64,000 nucleotides of DNA from Anaerolineaceae bacterium (GCA_040766895.1 JAXGPR010000002.1:16991-80990), one strand, 5' to 3'; counted from the first letter of the stretch, positions 19,228-29,849 are shown. The notes: generated by a model not told the origin, from the letters alone. Program-made: numbers and translations.

Positions 19228-19446
19228 CTATCCTCTGGAAGAAGACATTTTTATGATGTTTCCTTCCTCATCCGCTACGACCCGTACTGTCTGTTCCAAA
19301 GCTTTCCCTGTTGGAAGTTTATTGGTTTTTGTAAAAATCAATAAATATCTACTTCCTTGGGCACTAACCTTAGGTTTGACTCCTTGAAGTGCGGGAACAC
19401 GAGCGTAAACACTTTGGCAAACCTTTTTTATTGCTGCGGAATCCAT
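19228..19446 (-). CDS. Hypothetical small protein (72 aa from MDSAAIKK)
   Basis: ORF immediately downstream of ftsZ. The longer start at 19506 would overlap ftsZ by 44 nt, so I prefer the internal ATG. Confidence 0.4.
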   Translation of the reverse strand: MDSAAIKKVCQSVYARVPALQGVKPKVSAQGSRYLLIFTKTNKLPTGKALEQTVRVVADEEGNIIKMSSSRG

Positions 19447-19462
19447 GACTTTACCCTTTGAT

Positions 19463-20662
19463 TCATCTTGATTGATATGAACGCCGCCTGAGAAAAGCGG
19501 GCACATCTAAATTGTTTTCCGGCTCTACCTTGGTTAGATAATCCTCCTGGCTAATCTCGTTGAAATCTTGAAACTTTGTGCTTTTGTCAGATTTGTTTTT
19601 CTCTGTGTTCCAATCAACGGGGTTCTCTGAGACCGTCTTTTGTTCAAAAGGGACATCATGCGATTTATTTTCCCTCATCTCTCCCGGCTTATTGCCGATT
19701 CCAGTCACGATCAGAATGAGTTGTACGCGGTCCTCCATGCGCGGGTCGGTGATGACGCCGGGAATAATATCCGCATGATATCCGGAGGCTTCTTGGAGAA
19801 TTTGTAAAGCATCGGTAACGTCGCGGAAGGAAAGGTTTGCACTGCCGGTGAAATTCGCGATCATATTCGTGGCGGAATAGAGATCAATTTCATCGAGCAA
19901 GGGATGGTGTAACGCTTTTTCGATGGCTTGTTTGACCCGGTCTGGGCCGCTGCCCGTGCCGATAGCCATAAGAGAGCCACCGCCACGCTGCATAACGCTC
20001 TTGATATGCGAAAAATCAACGTTAATAAGTCCAGTTTCTGTTATAAGCTCAGAGATGCCCTGTACGCCCTGACGCAGCACATCGTCAGCCAAGGTAAACG
20101 CCATTTCTAGCGGCAAATCACGCGGGGCTACCTGAATCAGCTTATCGTTGGGGATTGCGATGAGCGTATCTGCAAACTGGCGCAGCTTTTGCAAACCAAG
20201 CTCACAATTTTTTTGCCGTTTCCCCAACTCGAAGGAGAAGGGTTTCGTAACGATGGCGATCGTAACTGCGCCTACCGCTTTAGCCACCTTGGCGGCGATT
20301 GGGATAGCACCTGTACCAGTACCCCCTCCCATCCCTGCCGTGAGGAAGACCATTTCAGCGCCGTCCATAACAGCAGCGAGATCGCGGTAACTTTCTTCTG
20401 CAGCTGCTTCACCAATTTCAGGAATGCCGCCTGCCCCCAAGCCGCGCGTAGCTTTGGGGCCCAATTGGATCTTGTTAGGTGCTAGATTAGTTCTCAGCAC
20501 CTGTGCGTCGGTATTACAAGCGACAAAGGTAACCCCTTGCATTCCGCTCTCAATCATGCGGTTGATAGCATTACAACCACCACCGCCTAAGCCCATGACT
20601 ACAATTTTGGGTTGCGGACTAGAGATCGGGGTTCTTGATGAATAAGAAGGATTTGTGCTCAT
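19463..20662 (-). CDS. ftsZ: Cell division protein FtsZ
   Basis: Tubulin signature GMGGGTGTGA, NTDAQ, and the C-terminal conserved peptide DVPAFLRRR. Confidence 0.95.
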   Translation of the reverse strand: MSTNPSYSSRTPISSPQPKIVVMGLGGGGCNAINRMIESGMQGVTFVACNTDAQVLRTNLAPNKIQLGPKATRGLGAGGIPEIGEAAAEESYRDLAAVMDGAEMVFLTAGMGGGTGTGAIPIAAKVAKAVGAVTIAIVTKPFSFELGKRQKNCELGLQKLRQFADTLIAIPNDKLIQVAPRDLPLEMAFTLADDVLRQGVQGISELITETGLINVDFSHIKSVMQRGGGSLMAIGTGSGPDRVKQAIEKALHHPLLDEIDLYSATNMIANFTGSANLSFRDVTDALQILQEASGYHADIIPGVITDPRMEDRVQLILIVTGIGNKPGEMRENKSHDVPFEQKTVSENPVDWNTEKNKSDKSTKFQDFNEISQEDYLTKVEPENNLDVPAFLRRRSYQSR

Positions 20663-20683
20663 TGTTTCACCTCGGGTAAATTA

Positions 20684-21958
20684 TCAGGCAGTAATCCTGA
20701 CACTATTAACAATTTTCTCATCTACTTGGCATCCAGCTTCTCGGAGCATTTGGAGATCATGCTCGCTAAAAGCTGAATCTTCGTTCCATATGGTAACTTT
20801 ACGCGCGTTCATTGCTTCAATCAGCGAGAAACCAATCGTTGGCCGAGCTTCGCGGATAATTGGACGGACGCGGTCTAATATATTCTCAGGGATTCCCCAG
20901 TCATAGGAAGGTAATAGCAAATAATGGTCGATTGGATACAACCACTGTGCGACGCGATCTGCGATAGGGTATTCCTCATCTTTCTTTGAAGTTTCTTTGA
21001 TTTGTTTTTTATAAAGACTAACCGTCTCTTGTTTTGGATTGCCTTGTTCATCAAACCACGCCGCTTTTTCCAGTGAATCAGCCTCATTTGAGCTAAGCAG
21101 CCAAAGCAGGCAACCTATTATCTCCTCGGGTAAGCTATTTTCCTTTTCTGCACCGGCAGGGTCAGAGTTTGCCAACTTCACCAAATCTTCAAAATTAAGC
21201 GCAGGGTCCAATTGGTTTTTTTCGATGCTGGCTGCTCCAAACCAAAATAAGAACATTTTAGGCGTGATGTTAAGTGTTGACTTTATAAGGTCTCGGTACC
21301 ATTCCCAAGTATTGATTCCCTGATGATCCTGCTCGCCAATTTCGGTTTTGCTGTATGGGCGCGGGGATTTCCACTTCGCTGTTGCGCCCTTGCCCCATGT
21401 AAGAGATTTAGAAAAGGTTTGGCCACTGACCGCCATATGTAAATTAGCAGTAAAGTCAAGCGAGCGACGCTGTTGAACTAATTGCAAAACCTTTTTCAGG
21501 AAGGAAAGATCCCAATAATCACCGCCTGGCTGTAAAGGAGGGAAGACCGGAATAAGATCGTTTTGCTCTGCGATGCGCACAAATGGCAAGTACCGATCTA
21601 AAAACCGTTCAACCAGATCTCCCTGAGACCAGGTACCTTCCATCCACGATGACTTTATGTTAGGGCTTCTAAAGAAAACTACATATTTAACGCCCCAACG
21701 CGCATAGGCTGAGAGCAGCACCGACAAGTCATCAGGTTTGGTATTGTCATTAATCCGCATGTCAAAGTCAATGATTGGTTGAATACCTCCCTGAACTAAA
21801 CCAGTAATAAATTCTTCTGGTATTGCCTGGGTGGTTGAGCTTTTTATGACGAGCCAGCCGGCATTGAGCGCTTGCAGCTCTGGCAACCAAAGATTGAGAT
21901 CCCGGACCTGGTAGTGGTTGACATCTTGAAAGTAATGAAATCCCAGTCGTTTGTTCAT
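20684..21958 (-). CDS. Hypothetical protein, possibly a TIM-barrel glycosidase-like fold
   Basis: 424 aa from the ATG at 21958, which has AGGA 7 nt upstream. Alternating beta/alpha-type hydrophobic pattern. No catalytic motif recognised. Confidence 0.45.
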   Translation of the reverse strand: MNKRLGFHYFQDVNHYQVRDLNLWLPELQALNAGWLVIKSSTTQAIPEEFITGLVQGGIQPIIDFDMRINDNTKPDDLSVLLSAYARWGVKYVVFFRSPNIKSSWMEGTWSQGDLVERFLDRYLPFVRIAEQNDLIPVFPPLQPGGDYWDLSFLKKVLQLVQQRRSLDFTANLHMAVSGQTFSKSLTWGKGATAKWKSPRPYSKTEIGEQDHQGINTWEWYRDLIKSTLNITPKMFLFWFGAASIEKNQLDPALNFEDLVKLANSDPAGAEKENSLPEEIIGCLLWLLSSNEADSLEKAAWFDEQGNPKQETVSLYKKQIKETSKKDEEYPIADRVAQWLYPIDHYLLLPSYDWGIPENILDRVRPIIREARPTIGFSLIEAMNARKVTIWNEDSAFSEHDLQMLREAGCQVDEKIVNSVRITA

Positions 21959-22038
21959 GGCTTTTCCTATAGTTAATTGCAAATTCAGCTATGATGATGC
22001 AAGATATATGCCATAAATCGTCATATTATTATGCTATA

Positions 22039-22953
22039 ATGTCGCGGATGATTCTAATCACTGGTGGTACCGGCTTTATAGGAATGGAATTGCTCAATCA
22101 GTGCTTAGAAAGTGACCGTCCCATTCGGTTGTTAATTCATCCCCAAGAACCCACGTTAAAACTTCCCAAAAGCGTCCAATTTGACGCTGCGATCTGCGCG
22201 TTTTCGGATGAACGAGGGCTGAAAGCTGTTCTACAGGATGTTGATGTGGTTTACTTCATTTCCTTAGCCGATCAGATCACCGCGAACATTGACCTCCAAC
22301 AAATCGAAATTAGAGAAGTCGAAAGTTTTTCCCATGCAGCAAAAGTGGCTGGTGTAAAAAGATTTATCTACTTGAGCCATTTGGGCGCAGATCGCGCCTC
22401 GGCTTTTGATCTGTTGAAAGCCAAAGGAATTGCAGAGCACATCATTAAAGAAACTGGCATCCCATATACCATTATTCGCAGCAGTATTGTTTATGGAAAA
22501 GGAGATGTTTTTTCAGAAAACCTAGCTCGCTGGATTCGCTATTTTCCTGGTCGTGTACCAATCCTTGGCGATGGCAATGTCAACTTACAGCCTTTATGGG
22601 TACGAGATCTGGTGACCTGTATGTTGTGGGCAATGGATATGCCTTCAACCGAAAACAACATCATTGAGATCGGTGGACCCGAATATCTCACTTTGCTAGA
22701 AATCCTACAAATTATTGCTCAAAAATTGCGAAAGAAACGCAGTTTTTTTGCTGTGAATACGAACCAATTGCAACGTTGGCTGCGTTTGATACGAAGTTTG
22801 CACCATGATTTTCCCCGCACAGCTTATTGGATGGATTATTTTATTGAAAATCAAATTTGTGCATTGGATTCCATTCCGCGCATTTTTGGTATAAATCCTG
22901 CAAGATTCCATCAGAACATTGATTACTTAATTCCACAGACAAAAGGAATTTAA
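22039..22953 (+). CDS. NAD(P)-binding SDR/NmrA-like epimerase-dehydratase family protein
   Basis: Rossmann motif ILITGGTGFIG near the N-terminus. The start is uncertain (22039 or 22048) because a TATAAT hexamer lies at 22032-22037. Confidence 0.7.
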   Translation: MSRMILITGGTGFIGMELLNQCLESDRPIRLLIHPQEPTLKLPKSVQFDAAICAFSDERGLKAVLQDVDVVYFISLADQITANIDLQQIEIREVESFSHAAKVAGVKRFIYLSHLGADRASAFDLLKAKGIAEHIIKETGIPYTIIRSSIVYGKGDVFSENLARWIRYFPGRVPILGDGNVNLQPLWVRDLVTCMLWAMDMPSTENNIIEIGGPEYLTLLEILQIIAQKLRKKRSFFAVNTNQLQRWLRLIRSLHHDFPRTAYWMDYFIENQICALDSIPRIFGINPARFHQNIDYLIPQTKGI

Positions 22954-22963
22954 AGAAAAAATT

Positions 22964-24352
22964 ATGAAGATTTGCATTCATGGTCATTTTTATCAACCCC
23001 CACGAGAAGACCCCTTTTCAAACTATATCCCTGACGAAACTGGCGCAGAACCATTCAGGAATTGGAATGAGCGAATACTTTTTGAGTGTTATCAACCTAA
23101 CGCTAAAGCGAGAAATTTTGAGAAACTCAGTTTCAACGTCGGCCCCACCTTGTTCAGTTGGTTAGCTGACTTTGATCCTGAAGTGAGCGATATGATCATC
23201 AAGCAGGAGCAGGAGAATTACCACCGTTTTGGCGTTGGGAATGGGATGGCACAGGGATATAACCATCTCATCATGCCTTTAGCCACCTTAGAAGATAAAA
23301 TTACCCAAGTGCGCTGGGGGATAGAAGATTTTTATTACCGCTTTGGGCATAAACCAGATGGGCTATGGCTGCCTGAAACTGCTGTAGATCTAGAAACGCT
23401 ATGCGTTCTTTCAGATTGCGGAATTAGATTTACAATTTTAGCCCCGTGGCAAGTAATTCCGGAAGAGACAAGCCGGGGTCCTTTTCTGATCGATTTACCT
23501 AATGGGCGGGAGCCATTTATCGTATTTACTTATGACCAGGAACTGAGCACCCAGGTTAGTTTTAATCCAAGCGCAACGGTCAATGGCGACCTCTTTTTAG
23601 ATAATCTTCTCCGTACTCGCCCTGATAACCCCAATGAATTGGTACTAATTGCCAGCGATGGTGAGCTTTATGGGCATCATCAACCATTTAGAGATCATTT
23701 CCTTTCTTATCTGATGGACGGTGCCGGCACGCGTAGGAATATCGAATGGACTTATCCGGCTAAGTGGCTGCAAGAGCATGAGGTAACCACCAAAGCTCGA
23801 CTCGTGGAAAATTCTTCCTGGTCCTGTATGCATGGTGTAGATCGTTGGAAGCAAGCTTGTGGGTGCACACCGAACGCTGTCTGGAAAGCAGCCCTGAGGG
23901 ACGCTCTTGACCGTACCGCAGTACTGCTGGATACACTCTATGTGCAAACGCTCTCACCCATTTTTCCCGAACCGTGGGAGCTTCGGCATCGGTACATCGA
24001 GGTACTTTGGGGCAAGCGCACACTACAAGATTTGTGTTACCAGCTTTCAGGGAGAAGGCTCACGTCAATGGAATTGAATATCGTTCAAGATCTGCTCTCG
24101 GCGCAATATGAACGGCAGCGAATGTTCACTTCTTGCGGATTTTTCCATGATGAGTTCTACCGCTTAGAACCGCAAAACAATATCGCCTATGCCGCTAAAG
24201 CGGTTTACCTGACCGAACGGGCAACGGGCGTCGAGCTTAGGTCGGTTGTTACCGATTTGCTCCAACGCGTGCAAAGCGAAAAGACAAGCCTGAGGGGCGA
24301 TACCGTCTTCTCTCAGACGATGATGCGCGCTCAGGCTGAGAAAGCCGCTTAA
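22964..24352 (+). CDS. Glycoside hydrolase family 57-like protein (DUF3536-type)
   Basis: The N-terminus MKICIHGHFYQPPRE is the GH57 hallmark. ...SDGELYGHH follows later. Confidence 0.8.
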   Translation: MKICIHGHFYQPPREDPFSNYIPDETGAEPFRNWNERILFECYQPNAKARNFEKLSFNVGPTLFSWLADFDPEVSDMIIKQEQENYHRFGVGNGMAQGYNHLIMPLATLEDKITQVRWGIEDFYYRFGHKPDGLWLPETAVDLETLCVLSDCGIRFTILAPWQVIPEETSRGPFLIDLPNGREPFIVFTYDQELSTQVSFNPSATVNGDLFLDNLLRTRPDNPNELVLIASDGELYGHHQPFRDHFLSYLMDGAGTRRNIEWTYPAKWLQEHEVTTKARLVENSSWSCMHGVDRWKQACGCTPNAVWKAALRDALDRTAVLLDTLYVQTLSPIFPEPWELRHRYIEVLWGKRTLQDLCYQLSGRRLTSMELNIVQDLLSAQYERQRMFTSCGFFHDEFYRLEPQNNIAYAAKAVYLTERATGVELRSVVTDLLQRVQSEKTSLRGDTVFSQTMMRAQAEKAA

Positions 24353-27300
24353 TCCAGCGCTGCTTGGAGTTGATCGAGCCGGAATTCGGATTGCGCAAAA
24401 GCTTTTTGCAGCGCATCGAAAATAGGCTCTGCCCGCAAGATAGCTTCAACTTGTTCAACCGAAGAAATGCTTGGATCAGATGCATAACGTAAAATCGTGG
24501 CAATGTGCATGTACCAAAGCATGGACTCGAATTTCTCTTTGTTGAACCAATATACCTGGTTATACTCGTTTAATTCCAGATATTCTTTGAATTGCTCATC
24601 CTGCAGCCACTGCTCTAGAAGCTTGCTTGGGGTCAAATCTTTTTCGCTTAGCCAGTTCGTGTTAATCAACAACCATTTAATAGCTTGGCAGGCTTTGTAA
24701 GCTTCGTAATCGCCGAAACCTAAACCCTTTAGAGTTTCTGTCACCAACTGCGAAGTTGGTTCTTCATCTAAGAAGCGTCGCGCGGTTTGCGTGTTCTCTG
24801 CTTCATTAGCAGGACCAGCCAAGTTGCTAAGGAAATTCCAGATAAGCAGCACAAACTTAGCCCGCGGATCGATTTCTTGTAAAGCCTTGCTTAGGAGCGG
24901 CGCAATCTTTTTGCTGGAAAGTCCTAGTTTTTTATCTAAGCTTTCTAAGTCAAGAATTTGCCGCAGGCATTTTTCGAGATGTTTGCTCGCTGCTTCGATA
25001 TCGCCGCCCAATGCAAGCCCTTGGCGCTGCATAGCATAGCCAGCTTGGCTTATCAAGTCTAGATTAACGCGGAGTAAGCTTTCGAGTGAGGCTGGGTTTT
25101 CCCTCTCCTGCGCTAATTCAATCAAGTTATTCAAGTTAGTGGGGTTGATGACTTGCCCAAGTGGCTGCAACACTGGTCCAAGCACGATTTCCCGTCTGGC
25201 GACATCTAAGTTGGAAACCCCTCTGCCATTGAGGTGTGCGTTCAGTTCCTCGTATTCCCGCCCGCTCACAAGCCGAAAATCCATGAATACGTGATGCTTA
25301 TAAGCGTCAAGAGCAAAGAACATCCCATGTTCGCGAATATCCTGCACCGAGCGGATATATTCGAGTTTTTCGATGTAGTCTCTAAATGTCACAAAAGTGT
25401 TGGAATCACCGCCGAGTTGGAGCGCGTCGGCTAATTCACTTGTCTCCAGATGGGCATTCTCAGAACCTTTCACTAAATAAGGCACCGAGGTTTTAATCCA
25501 ACCCGAGGTGGAGCCATAGCGGTTGTGGTAAACCACTAAAGCCGCTTGACCGCCCTCGGTATTACTGTAAGCAAAAACGTTCTCATCCACACTTCCTGTA
25601 GGCGTATAGAAGTCGTACAGTCTGAAGTTATCCACGTTGGCAAAAACGCGCCGGCGGTGAACAAGAGGGAAAACGTCGGTTTCGTGCCGATGGATGAGAT
25701 AATAATCTGGGGTTTCATCCCAATAGGGGCGGTAATATTCCATGCCATATTTCTCGGCATAACCCTCGATTTGTCCATGCCCAAACATCGGTAACCCTGG
25801 CATGGTGATCATCACGGTACAAATACCAAAGTATTTATCACCTTTGCCAAATTGTTCTACCGCAGTTTTTTCATCTGGATTATTCATAAAGTTAACGTAG
25901 CGCTTGAGAATTTGCGGGTCGTAAACCAATGTGTTTTTAATCAGCTGGCGGTATTTATCGTTTTCTTCGTTGCGCAGCATGTTCATAAACGCACTGTTAT
26001 ACACGCGATGCATGCCTAAGGTGCGGACAAAATAGCCTTCCATCAGCCAGAAAGCTTCTGCCAGCAAGAGTGTATCTGGGACCTCTTTAGCCACGCGCTC
26101 GACCACCTCGCGCCAAAATTCGTTAGGCATGGCACGGTCAAATTCCTCTTTGGTCATAGCATGCTCAGCACGCGATGGAATGTCGCCTCCAGTGCCCGGC
26201 TGCGGGAACCAAAGGCGCTGGTAATGCTTTTTTGTCAGGGTCATGGCTGCATCGAAGCGAATGATGGGGAATTTGCGTGCTACCGAAAGAATGGTTTGGA
26301 TGACAGCTTCGCGTACTTCTGGGTTGAGGTAATTGAGTTGAGCCGTGTCATTCCAAGGCATACTGGTGCCGTCATTTCCGTGATAGATGAAGCGCGTATC
26401 GCCATTGCGGTGGTCATAGCGCTTGAAGACGACGGCAGCATCGCTTCGGGTGTAATAGTGGTCTTCGATGTTAATGCTAATATCTGGGTTTTGGGAGAGA
26501 TCTGGTCCGTTGAAAGTGTAATTTGGAAATGGGCTGTAACTCTGACCGATAAACCAGTCTGGGTGCTCATAAACCCAATCTGAGTCAATGCCCATGTGAT
26601 TGGGGACCATATCACTCGCTAAGCGAATCCCGCGCTGGCTGGCACGATGGCTGAGGTTCTGATAAGCGGCTTCTCCGCCTAAGCGCTCGGCGATTTGATA
26701 GCGCGCCAGCGAATAGGCTGAGGAGACCGCATCCGGATTGCCGCACATTTGTTTGATGCGGCGGGAAGCCTCGCTGCGTTCCCATAAACCAATCAGCCAC
26801 AAGCCTGTGAAGCCCCAACGCGCTAACTGATCTAAAGTTTCATCAGGCACTTGATCGAGCCGCTCAATTGGGCGTTGGTACTGTTTTGAAAGCTGATTGA
26901 GCCACACAAAAGTGTTTTTGGCAATCATCACCACCCTTGGCATCCAATCGCTATCCGGGCTGAAGCGCTCTACTTCAAGATCCTGGCTTACATAGTCCGG
27001 CACCAGCGTAGGCCCTGGGCCGGTAAAAATAGCGCGCTCTTCCTCCTTAATCAAATCAAGGCTGCCAAGCAGGCGATAAAGGAATTTCCCTAAGTATTTC
27101 GCCCAATGTTGGCGGATGTACTCTAACTGACCGCTTAAGGATTGCGGCACAACAATGGCAGGCGTGCGCAACATTGTGACAAGGTCCTGATTCTCAGGAC
27201 CAAAGAAAGGTTGCTGCTTAAAGAACACTTTGATGCCATCAATGATTTGATCGTAAGCAGTGGTTTTTTGGAGCTTACTGTCGTCGAAAAGCTCAGAATA

Positions 27301-27777
27301 GGGTTCAGCTGCTGGGTTAGCGTTAGTTAACCAGAGCATCAGCAATTCTTCGAGTGCTAACTGATAGTGTGAAACACCCTCTGTTTCGCCAGCGAGATAA
27401 TCTTTTAAACTAATCTTGCCCTGATAAACTTCCACAGGTGGAAACTCGTTCAAAAAAGCTTCCAAGGTGGATTCAACCTTTTCCTTACCTAATTTAGAGA
27501 TCAGCTCAGTATAGAGTGCTTCGCGAATGTCCTTTCCATATTCCTGATAGTATTGCGAAACGATAAGATGAAAAATCTCGTCAATCAATCCTAAAGCGTT
27601 AATTTGCCCTGGGGAAACGAAGCCTTTGTCTCCCGGTTTTTTCTGAGCATTAATTTGCGCAGCAAATTGGCGCGCAGCCTGAAAATTGGCAAAAATGACA
27701 TTACCGTTTAGTGAGAATAAGACCTGGTCGAACTGATACTTATCGCGGCTTGCACGGGAAACATGGAACTCCATCAT
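24349..27777 (-). CDS. Large GH13 alpha-amylase-family protein (1142 aa)
   Basis: GH13 conserved regions: I SDMVPNHMG, II IIRFDAAMT, III LLLAEAFW, IV YVNFMNNPDE. Confidence 0.8.
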   Translation of the reverse strand: MMEFHVSRASRDKYQFDQVLFSLNGNVIFANFQAARQFAAQINAQKKPGDKGFVSPGQINALGLIDEIFHLIVSQYYQEYGKDIREALYTELISKLGKEKVESTLEAFLNEFPPVEVYQGKISLKDYLAGETEGVSHYQLALEELLMLWLTNANPAAEPYSELFDDSKLQKTTAYDQIIDGIKVFFKQQPFFGPENQDLVTMLRTPAIVVPQSLSGQLEYIRQHWAKYLGKFLYRLLGSLDLIKEEERAIFTGPGPTLVPDYVSQDLEVERFSPDSDWMPRVVMIAKNTFVWLNQLSKQYQRPIERLDQVPDETLDQLARWGFTGLWLIGLWERSEASRRIKQMCGNPDAVSSAYSLARYQIAERLGGEAAYQNLSHRASQRGIRLASDMVPNHMGIDSDWVYEHPDWFIGQSYSPFPNYTFNGPDLSQNPDISINIEDHYYTRSDAAVVFKRYDHRNGDTRFIYHGNDGTSMPWNDTAQLNYLNPEVREAVIQTILSVARKFPIIRFDAAMTLTKKHYQRLWFPQPGTGGDIPSRAEHAMTKEEFDRAMPNEFWREVVERVAKEVPDTLLLAEAFWLMEGYFVRTLGMHRVYNSAFMNMLRNEENDKYRQLIKNTLVYDPQILKRYVNFMNNPDEKTAVEQFGKGDKYFGICTVMITMPGLPMFGHGQIEGYAEKYGMEYYRPYWDETPDYYLIHRHETDVFPLVHRRRVFANVDNFRLYDFYTPTGSVDENVFAYSNTEGGQAALVVYHNRYGSTSGWIKTSVPYLVKGSENAHLETSELADALQLGGDSNTFVTFRDYIEKLEYIRSVQDIREHGMFFALDAYKHHVFMDFRLVSGREYEELNAHLNGRGVSNLDVARREIVLGPVLQPLGQVINPTNLNNLIELAQERENPASLESLLRVNLDLISQAGYAMQRQGLALGGDIEAASKHLEKCLRQILDLESLDKKLGLSSKKIAPLLSKALQEIDPRAKFVLLIWNFLSNLAGPANEAENTQTARRFLDEEPTSQLVTETLKGLGFGDYEAYKACQAIKWLLINTNWLSEKDLTPSKLLEQWLQDEQFKEYLELNEYNQVYWFNKEKFESMLWYMHIATILRYASDPSISSVEQVEAILRAEPIFDALQKAFAQSEFRLDQLQAALD

Positions 27778-27919
27778 GAGGGCTCTCCTTAATTATGCTG
27801 GTTGTGACTCTGCAATGGTGTTCAATAGTACCCAACAGGTTCTACAGCCAAAGGACATATTATCCAGTGGTTTTTGATTCCTTAGGGTGCTCTTGAACAC
27901 CGGCACTGTGAGAATTTTA

Positions 27920-29068
27920 TCATTCTTGTCTGAGAATGTGGGTGAAAATATTCGAGCCTGATCCGCCGATGTTTTGTGCCATCCCATAGCGGTTGCGCTG
28001 GACTTGGGTAGCACCTGCCTCTCCACGTAATTGCAAGGTGACTTCGACAAGTTGGTAAATACCAGTCGCACCAACGGGGTGACCACGCGCTTTCAATCCT
28101 CCCATGGTCGCCACGGGGATTTCCCCATCAATCTTTATTTTTTCTTCCAGCGCCATGCGTGGACCCTGACCAGGCTCACAAAAACCGCAAGATTCTAAGG
28201 CTAAGGCTGCCATAATCGAAAAGGCATCGTGATATTCGAATACGCCGATATCCTTGGGGCTAATGCCGGCTTGAGCATACGCTTTGCGAGCAGATTCCCG
28301 TGCAGCGAAAAGCTGCATGGGGTTTGCGCGGTGCTGAATTGAGATGGTATCCGTTGCTGCTGCAGATGCTGCCACGCTTACAGAGCGGTGCTTCCCATTT
28401 GGGCGGGAATTGGTAATAAAAATCGCTGCCGCGCCGTCACAAACTGGCGAAGCATCTAACAAGTTGATCGGGTCGCAGACCATGCCGGCACGTTCAAAAT
28501 CAGCTGCACTAATCTTGTTGTGAAAGCGCGCATTGGGGTTGTGCACCGCATTTGCATGGGCATTAATCGAAAAACCGGAGAAATCCCGCGCTTCCCAGCC
28601 ATATTCAAACATATAGCGGCGCATCAATAATGCATTTAGCGCCACAAAAGAGACACCAAAATCGCCTTCAAGTTCAGCATCCGAGGCTGTTACCAAGCTG
28701 GCAGTTATTTCGTTGATGGGCGAATCGGTCATCTTCTCCACCCCCACAATGAGCGCAGAAGACAGCTCTCCTGAGGCTACAGCCATCAGACCAGCCCGAA
28801 AAGCAGCAGCTCCAGAACCGCAGGCGGACTCGACGCTTAGGCTTTCCTTGTGATGCGCACCGATCCAATCAGCAATGAGTGCACCTAACTGCAATTGCTT
28901 ATTAGCTGTGCCGGACATCATATTTCCAATAAAAATGCCCTCCGGGTAACCCAACTCGGCATCTTCAATAGCCATGAGCGCAGCATCTCCAGCTAATTCC
29001 TTGAGAGATTTCTCCCAATTTTCTCTAACCGGGGTTTGACCAACCCCAGCGATATATACTTTTTCCAT
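27920..29068 (-). CDS. Thiolase-family protein (acetyl-CoA acetyltransferase-like)
   Basis: Active-site Cys context VESACGSGAAAF, C-terminal GHPVGATG and NIGGSGSN. Confidence 0.85.
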   Translation of the reverse strand: MEKVYIAGVGQTPVRENWEKSLKELAGDAALMAIEDAELGYPEGIFIGNMMSGTANKQLQLGALIADWIGAHHKESLSVESACGSGAAAFRAGLMAVASGELSSALIVGVEKMTDSPINEITASLVTASDAELEGDFGVSFVALNALLMRRYMFEYGWEARDFSGFSINAHANAVHNPNARFHNKISAADFERAGMVCDPINLLDASPVCDGAAAIFITNSRPNGKHRSVSVAASAAATDTISIQHRANPMQLFAARESARKAYAQAGISPKDIGVFEYHDAFSIMAALALESCGFCEPGQGPRMALEEKIKIDGEIPVATMGGLKARGHPVGATGIYQLVEVTLQLRGEAGATQVQRNRYGMAQNIGGSGSNIFTHILRQE

Positions 29069-29185
29069 ACAAGTCCCTTATTCCTCTCAGGTTTCAATTT
29101 ATTCTATTGCTAAACTCTCTAAAAAACTCTCAAACTTTGTGCGCTTGTAGGTATAATCTCAGAAAATGACCTAAAGGAGCCTAAA

Positions 29186-29824
29186 ATGGCGATCTTTGAT
29201 ATCAGTATAGGCATCGACGAAAGCTTGCCGCTCTGGCCGGGGGACCCAGAATTAAGGCTACATTGGGCAGCGAACATCGAACAGGGCGATTCGGTAAACC
29301 TCACTGAACTTTCTATGAGTATCCATACCGGTACGCATATCGACGCACCGTTGCATTTTTTACCTAAAGGTAAACCGATTGATAGTTTGAGCTTGAATGT
29401 TTTCGTGGGGGAAGCTCAGGTTGTAGCGATCCCGCCAGATGTGAATTTGATTACTGTTGATATTTTGCAAGATGTATGCGAAATTAATGCAGCCCGGATC
29501 CTTTTTAAGACTAAAAATTCGCAGCTTTGGGGTACTTCTAAATTTCAGCAGGATTATGTCGCCTTAGAAGCCAGCGCTGCCCAGTGGCTGGTGGATCAGG
29601 GTGTACAGCTGGTCGGGATAGATTATCTTTCCATCGCGCCTTTCAAAGACCCAGCCCCAACGCACGAGATTCTGTTGAGTAATGATGTAGTCATCGTTGA
29701 GAGCTTGGATTTGCGTTCGGTTGAACCTGGATTATATACTTTGATTTGCCTACCACTTAAACTAGTGGGCAGAGAAGCTGCACCCGCCCGGGCGATCCTC
29801 ATGAGCCCTAGCCCTGAAAAATAA
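29186..29824 (+). CDS. Cyclase-family protein (arylformamidase/kynurenine formamidase-like)
   Basis: HTGTHIDAPLHF motif and the GIDYLSI motif. Confidence 0.8.
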   Translation: MAIFDISIGIDESLPLWPGDPELRLHWAANIEQGDSVNLTELSMSIHTGTHIDAPLHFLPKGKPIDSLSLNVFVGEAQVVAIPPDVNLITVDILQDVCEINAARILFKTKNSQLWGTSKFQQDYVALEASAAQWLVDQGVQLVGIDYLSIAPFKDPAPTHEILLSNDVVIVESLDLRSVEPGLYTLICLPLKLVGREAAPARAILMSPSPEK

Positions 29825-29849
29825 GCAGAATTGCGTATAAATTAACCGA

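Noticed and set aside
27793-28086. 97-aa ORF overlapping the 3' end of the thiolase gene.
   Set aside because: It overlaps the conserved thiolase C-terminus in another frame and shows no independent signals.
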